This document shows positions 59,701-64,000 of a stretch of DNA of 64,000 nt, in pieces (within the stretch, counting starts at the first letter, position 1; each line of letters opens with the position of its first letter). Both the position numbers and the translations under genes were made by a program. The DNA lies in NCBI GenBank assembly GCA_965206325.1, contig OZ242208.1, forward strand, positions 104,687-168,686. The letters run 5' to 3'. The stretch is from Gammaproteobacteria bacterium. GTDB lineage: Bacteria; Pseudomonadota; Gammaproteobacteria; Tethybacterales; G965206325. The notes beneath the pieces are model-generated. The model was not told where the DNA came from. It worked only from the letters and a program-made list of their open reading frames with translations, and did no database searches.

Positions 59701-60933
59701 TCAATCCCGTATTTTTTCCGCCAGCAATTCCAGCCAGTGATGCACGGGCGTATCCGTCCCGCCGCGCAAATGCAGAAGGCAGCCGATATTCGCCGTCGCG
59801 ATAATCTGCGGTCCGCCGCCCATCAGCGACTGCAATTTTCGCTCCCGCAATCGTTTTGAAATCTGCGGCTGCAAAAGCGAATACGCCCCCGCCGACCCGC
59901 AGCATTGCGATGAATCCGCCGACGGCGTCACTTCAAATCCCAACCGCCCCAGCAATTCGCCGACGATTCCGGGAAGTTTCGCCGCATTCTGCAAAGTGCA
60001 GGGCTCATGGGCGGCGACTCGTTTTTTGTCCGCCGATTCCAAATCCAAGTGCGGCGTCAGCGACTCCCATTCCCGCCGCAGAAATTCAGCGGCGTCGGCG
60101 GTTTTTTCGGAGACGAATTTCGCTTTTTCCGCAAAGGCCGAATCGTCCGCCAAATGCGCCCCGTATTCTTTGACCGACGCCCCGCAGCCGCTTGCCGTCA
60201 TCAAAATGCATTCCGCATCGCCGCTTTTTAATAGCGAATGCCATGCGGCGACATTGCGCCGCATATCGTTGCGCCCTTCCTTCTGCAAATCCAAATGAAA
60301 TCGCAAAGCCCCGCAGCAGCCGGCGGCGGGGGCGACAATCGCCGACACGCCAATCTTGTCCAGAATTTTCGCGAGAGATGAATTAATGGAAGGCGCAAAC
60401 GCCGATTGCGCGCAGCCTTCAAGCAGAATCACCCGCCGACGATGCCGCGGAAAAGGCAGCGAAACAGCAGGCGAATTCGGCAGCGTCCGCGCAAGCGAAG
60501 ACGGCAGAAAAAAACGAATCGCCCAGCCAATTCGGACGATGATGCCGACGAAAATCGGGCGTGAAAAAAATTCGGCAATAAAGCGGCGAATCGCCTTTTG
60601 CAAAAAAGGACGCGGCTTTTCGCGCGCAATTAAAGCGCGTCCGAAGTCGGCGATTTTGCCGTATTCCACGCCCGACGGACACGCCGATTCGCAGGCGCGA
60701 CAGGTTAGGCAGCGATCAAAATGCTTCTGGGCGGCGGGGGCGGCGACGCCCGATTCAAGCGTATTTTTCAGCAGATAAATTCGTCCGCGCGGACTGTCCA
60801 ATTCATTGCCGAAAAGACGATAGGTCGGACACGCCGGCAGGCACATTCCGCAATGGACGCAACTGCGAATGAGCAACGCCGCCGCTTTTGCATCAGCGGA
60901 ATCGCTCAATTTCGGCGAGATGTCGACATGCAT
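59701..60933 (-). CDS. glcF: Glycolate oxidase iron-sulfur subunit
   Basis: CVHCGMCLPACPTY, ELDSPRGRIYL, CLTCRACESACPSGV, CCGSAGAY, ANIGC; start reassigned to 60933. Confidence 0.92.
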   Translation of the reverse strand: MHVDISPKLSDSADAKAAALLIRSCVHCGMCLPACPTYRLFGNELDSPRGRIYLLKNTLESGVAAPAAQKHFDRCLTCRACESACPSGVEYGKIADFGRALIAREKPRPFLQKAIRRFIAEFFSRPIFVGIIVRIGWAIRFFLPSSLARTLPNSPAVSLPFPRHRRRVILLEGCAQSAFAPSINSSLAKILDKIGVSAIVAPAAGCCGALRFHLDLQKEGRNDMRRNVAAWHSLLKSGDAECILMTASGCGASVKEYGAHLADDSAFAEKAKFVSEKTADAAEFLRREWESLTPHLDLESADKKRVAAHEPCTLQNAAKLPGIVGELLGRLGFEVTPSADSSQCCGSAGAYSLLQPQISKRLRERKLQSLMGGGPQIIATANIGCLLHLRGGTDTPVHHWLELLAEKIRD

Positions 60934-60940
60934 TGTACCG

Positions 60941-61867
60941 TTATTCCAAGGAATCTTTCGGCGGATAATCCACCGATTCCACATGCGCGGATTCCGCCAA
61001 TTCCTTAATTTCGGCGGCGCGATTCCGTGGTACCTTATCGTTTTCGTAGGCAATTTCGGGTGGGAATCTTTCTTTGGGAATCGCCAGCCACTTTTTCTGC
61101 AGATTAACAAAAGCGGCTTCTTTGCCTTTGCGAGTCCCTACCAAAATGTATCTTTTGGAAGTGGGGGCATCGACGGACTTTTCTTGCGACTCGCCATCGG
61201 ATTCGTCACCGTCACTTTCATCGGCGGAATCAGATTCGTTTTCGTTTTGCTTTTCCAGAATGAAGAAAACCGCCAGCGAAGCGCACGCCCCGCCGCCGAA
61301 TCCACCCAGAATATACACCCACAGATTCGGCCATTCGGCGAGTCCCATCGCCGAAATGCCGACGGCGACCGCCGGATTAAAAGCCCCGCCGGAAATCGGC
61401 CCCGCCGCAAACGCCCCCGCCGATACAATCGCGCCGACGGCAATTCCGCGCGCCGGATTTTTTTCGCAATTCAGCGCGACCCACACCAGCGAAAACGCAA
61501 ATAAAAATTCAGCGACGAGTGCCGACAGCGGCGAAAAATCGGCGATGGCGGACGCTTCGCCTTTTATCGCCAAAACCAAAACCGCCGCCGCCACCGCCGC
61601 CGCCGTCTGAGCGACAAGATAAGGGGCGACTTCGCGGCTTGCCAATTTTCGCCGCATCCACAGGGCGATGGTCACCGCCGGATTGAAGTGCGCGCCGGAA
61701 ATTTCCGCGCAGGCGAATGTCATCGCAGCAATGGCGAATCCGACCGCCAGCGGCCACATTGCGCCCGCGCCGGGGTCAATCGCCGCCATTCCGAAAGTGA
61801 ATGTCAGAAAAAACGCGCCGATGAATTCGGCCAAATATTTTTGCGTCCGCATTAAATTTTTCTCCAT
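60941..61867 (-). CDS. Aquaporin (MIP family) with C-terminal extension
   Basis: AEFIG, ISGAHFNPAVT, ISGGAFNPAV; then an acidic linker and ~70-aa domain. Confidence 0.9.
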   Translation of the reverse strand: MEKNLMRTQKYLAEFIGAFFLTFTFGMAAIDPGAGAMWPLAVGFAIAAMTFACAEISGAHFNPAVTIALWMRRKLASREVAPYLVAQTAAAVAAAVLVLAIKGEASAIADFSPLSALVAEFLFAFSLVWVALNCEKNPARGIAVGAIVSAGAFAAGPISGGAFNPAVAVGISAMGLAEWPNLWVYILGGFGGGACASLAVFFILEKQNENESDSADESDGDESDGESQEKSVDAPTSKRYILVGTRKGKEAAFVNLQKKWLAIPKERFPPEIAYENDKVPRNRAAEIKELAESAHVESVDYPPKDSLE

Positions 61868-61928
61868 TTTTGCGCTGTCATTATAAGCGGTCGGCGAAGA
61901 GGGATTGACTCAATGCTATAATTAAAAG

Positions 61929-62489
61929 ATGAAAATGGTCGGCAGCGTCCGAATTCCCGCCGCCAAAGAATCGGTGTGGCAGGCACTCAACGATCCCGCA
62001 ATTCTGGCGAGGGCGATTCCGGGTTGCGAAAAAATGGAGCGAATCGCCGATAATGAATTTGACATCGCCGCCCGAATTCGCCTTGGTCCGCTGTCGCTGA
62101 AAATGCGGGGACGAATGAAAATCACCGACGCAAATCCGCCGGACGGCTGCCGCATTATCGGCGAAGGAAAAGACGCCGCCGCCGGATTCGCCAAGGGCGA
62201 AGCCGCCGTTTTGCTTTCGCAGGACGGCGACGCCACGCTGCTTTCCTACTCGGCGAAAGCCGAAGTCGGCGGAAAAATTATGCAGTTGGGCTCCCGCTTA
62301 ATTGACTCTACGGCGAAAAAATACGCCGACCAATTTTTCGGTACATTTTCCGCCGAATTGGGGGGCGAGTCGGCGGCTCCGTCGCCCCCTCCCAAAAAAG
62401 TGTCGGCGGGGAAAATTCGGCTATGGCTTTCGCTGGGGTCGGCGATTGTCGCCGCTTTAATTTTAGCGGCGACATTCGGCGTTTTTTAG
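61929..62489 (+). CDS. coxG: CoxG-like SRPBCC protein with C-terminal membrane anchor
   Basis: VWQALNDP..L...IPGCE, GFAKG, GGKIMQLGSRLI, FF. Confidence 0.9.
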   Translation: MKMVGSVRIPAAKESVWQALNDPAILARAIPGCEKMERIADNEFDIAARIRLGPLSLKMRGRMKITDANPPDGCRIIGEGKDAAAGFAKGEAAVLLSQDGDATLLSYSAKAEVGGKIMQLGSRLIDSTAKKYADQFFGTFSAELGGESAAPSPPPKKVSAGKIRLWLSLGSAIVAALILAATFGVF

Positions 62490-62526
62490 GGTATAATCCC
62501 ATTGACATTTTCGAGAGGAGAAGAAA

Positions 62527-62991
62527 ATGAAAATTACGATGACCGTCAACGGCAAATCCGTCCATGCGGAGGCGCCGCCGAATTTGCTGCTGGCCGATTT
62601 TCTGCGTGAAAACCTGCGGCTCACCGGAACGCATATCGGCTGCGACACAAGCCAATGCGGAGCATGCGTCGTGCATTTGAACGGCGATTCAGTCAAGGCA
62701 TGCACGATTCTCGCCGTCCAAGCGGACGGCGCCGAAATCACCACGATTGAAGGAATCGCCGAGGGCGATTCGCTCTCGCCCCTGCAGGAGGCGTTTCGGG
62801 AGCATCACGGACTGCAATGCGGATTCTGCACGCCCGGAATGGTAATGTCGGCGGCGGACCTGCTGGCGAAGAATCCATCGCCGTCGGAAAGCGAAATTCG
62901 CGACTGGCTGGAAGGGAATCTGTGCCGCTGCACGGGCTATCACAACATCGTCAAGGCGGTGCAGTCGGCGGCGGAAAAAATGCGGGGATGA
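62527..62991 (+). CDS. coxS: [2Fe-2S] small subunit of CO dehydrogenase-like molybdenum hydroxylase
   Basis: [28 protein letters not shown]. Confidence 0.93.
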   Translation: MKITMTVNGKSVHAEAPPNLLLADFLRENLRLTGTHIGCDTSQCGACVVHLNGDSVKACTILAVQADGAEITTIEGIAEGDSLSPLQEAFREHHGLQCGFCTPGMVMSAADLLAKNPSPSESEIRDWLEGNLCRCTGYHNIVKAVQSAAEKMRG

Positions 62992-63102
62992 AGGTGTTTC
63001 TGATAGCAGTGAACTCTGGACTCTGGGTGGCCATTCTCGGCGGCGGGGGCGGATAGTAAAATTTTGCGATGATGAATCGCCAGATATAAAACGGAGGCAG
63101 TC

Positions 63103-64000
63103 ATGAAGACAAACGGCCAAGGCATCGGTGCGCGCGTGGAGCGGGTGGAAGATTTTCGCTTTCTCACCGGGCGCGGAACTTACACGGACGACATCAATCG
63201 TCCGAATCAAACTTACGCGCACATTGTGCGGTCGCCGCATGCGCGCGCGAAAATCAATCGGCTGGACATCGGCGAAGCGGCGAAAATGTCCGGCGTCGTG
63301 GCTATTTTCACCGGCAAGGATATGGCGGCGGATTCGGTCGGCGGCGTGCCGTGCGGATGGTGCGTCACCGACCGCCACGGCGAAGCGATGAAAGAGCCGC
63401 CGCATCCGCCGATGGGCACGGACAAAGTTTCGCATGTCGGCGATCAAGTGGCGGTGGTAATTGCGGAGACGCTTTCGCAGGCGAAAGACGCCGCCGATAA
63501 AATCAGCGTGGATTACGAGCCGATGACCGCCGTCGTTGATATGGGAAAAGCCCTGTCCGGCGAAAGCGGCGATGTCCACCCGGAAGCGCCGGGGAATCTG
63601 TGCTACGACTGGGAAATCGGCAGCGAAGCGGAAATTGACGAGGCGATTAAAAACGCCGCCCACACGGCGACGATTGAATTCGCCAACAACCGCCTGATTC
63701 CAAATGCGATGGAGCCGCGCGCCGCCATCGGCGAATTTGACACCGCCAACGGCAATTACACGCTTTACACCACAAGCCAGAATCCGCATATGATTCGCCT
63801 GCTGATGGGGGCTTTTGTGCTGAACATTCCGGAGCATAAATTGCGGGTTGTCGCGCCCGATGTCGGCGGCGGATTCGGCTCTAAAATTTATCATTACGCC
63901 GAAGAAGCCATCGTCACTTGGGCGTCCGCGAAAGTGCGGCGTCCGGTTAAATGGACGGCGGAAAGAAGCGAATCCTTCCTCGCCGACGCGCATGGACGGG
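63103..64000 (+). CDS. coxL: Molybdopterin large subunit (CoxL-like, probably form II), partial
   Basis: Not in ORF track. GGAGG RBS; [30 protein letters not shown]...RSPHA...PNAMEPR...TSQNPH...DVGGGFGSK; open to window end. The active-site loop lies outside the window. Confidence 0.88.
   Translation, partial: MKTNGQGIGARVERVEDFRFLTGRGTYTDDINRPNQTYAHIVRSPHARAKINRLDIGEAAKMSGVVAIFTGKDMAADSVGGVPCGWCVTDRHGEAMKEPPHPPMGTDKVSHVGDQVAVVIAETLSQAKDAADKISVDYEPMTAVVDMGKALSGESGDVHPEAPGNLCYDWEIGSEAEIDEAIKNAAHTATIEFANNRLIPNAMEPRAAIGEFDTANGNYTLYTTSQNPHMIRLLMGAFVLNIPEHKLRVVAPDVGGGFGSKIYHYAEEAIVTWASAKVRRPVKWTAERSESFLADAHGR

Noticed and set aside
59620-59859. ORF overlapping the EamA stop
   Set aside because: Mostly antisense to glcF; no supporting features.
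9216-61110. Apparent N-terminal extensions in the ORF track (secretin, rpsD, rplO, rpsS, rpsG, pdxA, glcF, glpK, ABC ATPases)
   Set aside because: Artefacts of choosing the most upstream start; downstream starts fit family N-termini, RBSs or stop/start overlaps.
62689-63993. 434-aa minus-strand ORF
   Set aside because: Antisense shadow of coxS/coxL; the true plus-strand coxL is missing from the track only because it lacks a stop within the window.

Overview
A gene-dense, moderately GC-rich bacterial chromosome segment that is mostly core genome. Gene order (secY-infA-rpmJ-rpsM, MSHA-like pilus cluster) suggests a betaproteobacterial-type lineage, possibly streamlined or host-associated (inference). 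Left to right: an MSHA/T2SS-like cluster (1-9.2 kb); puuB-like oxidase, pyrF, yidD, cysS, truB and sppA; an orphan membrane-anchored PD-(D/E)XK-like gene behind a structured leader; the fused str-S10-spc-alpha ribosomal superoperon (16.3-34.6 kb, no rpmD, several acidic tails); yqiA-rsmA-pdxA-surA and grxD; an unusual trimeric autotransporter; a HigA/HigB-like pair in reversed order; argH-dacB-bioA-gltX-serS; glpD, a 6.4-kb ABC-importer cassette bounded by 128-bp direct repeats, then glpK; EamA, glcF, an aquaporin with an extra C-terminal domain, and coxG-coxS-coxL (partial). I recognised no rRNA, tRNA, CRISPR array, integrase or transposase. The most notable unexplained signals are (1) 13 in-frame poly-G/poly-C tracts confined to 41.9-47.7 kb, including essential genes; (2) the integrase-free, repeat-bounded ABC cassette splitting glpD from glpK; (3) the switch-like RNA leader at 15.9-16.1 kb; (4) a collagen/TAA/phage-like relic at 49 kb; (5) a small palindromic REP-like family. 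All counts and alignments were done by eye and no database searches were run.
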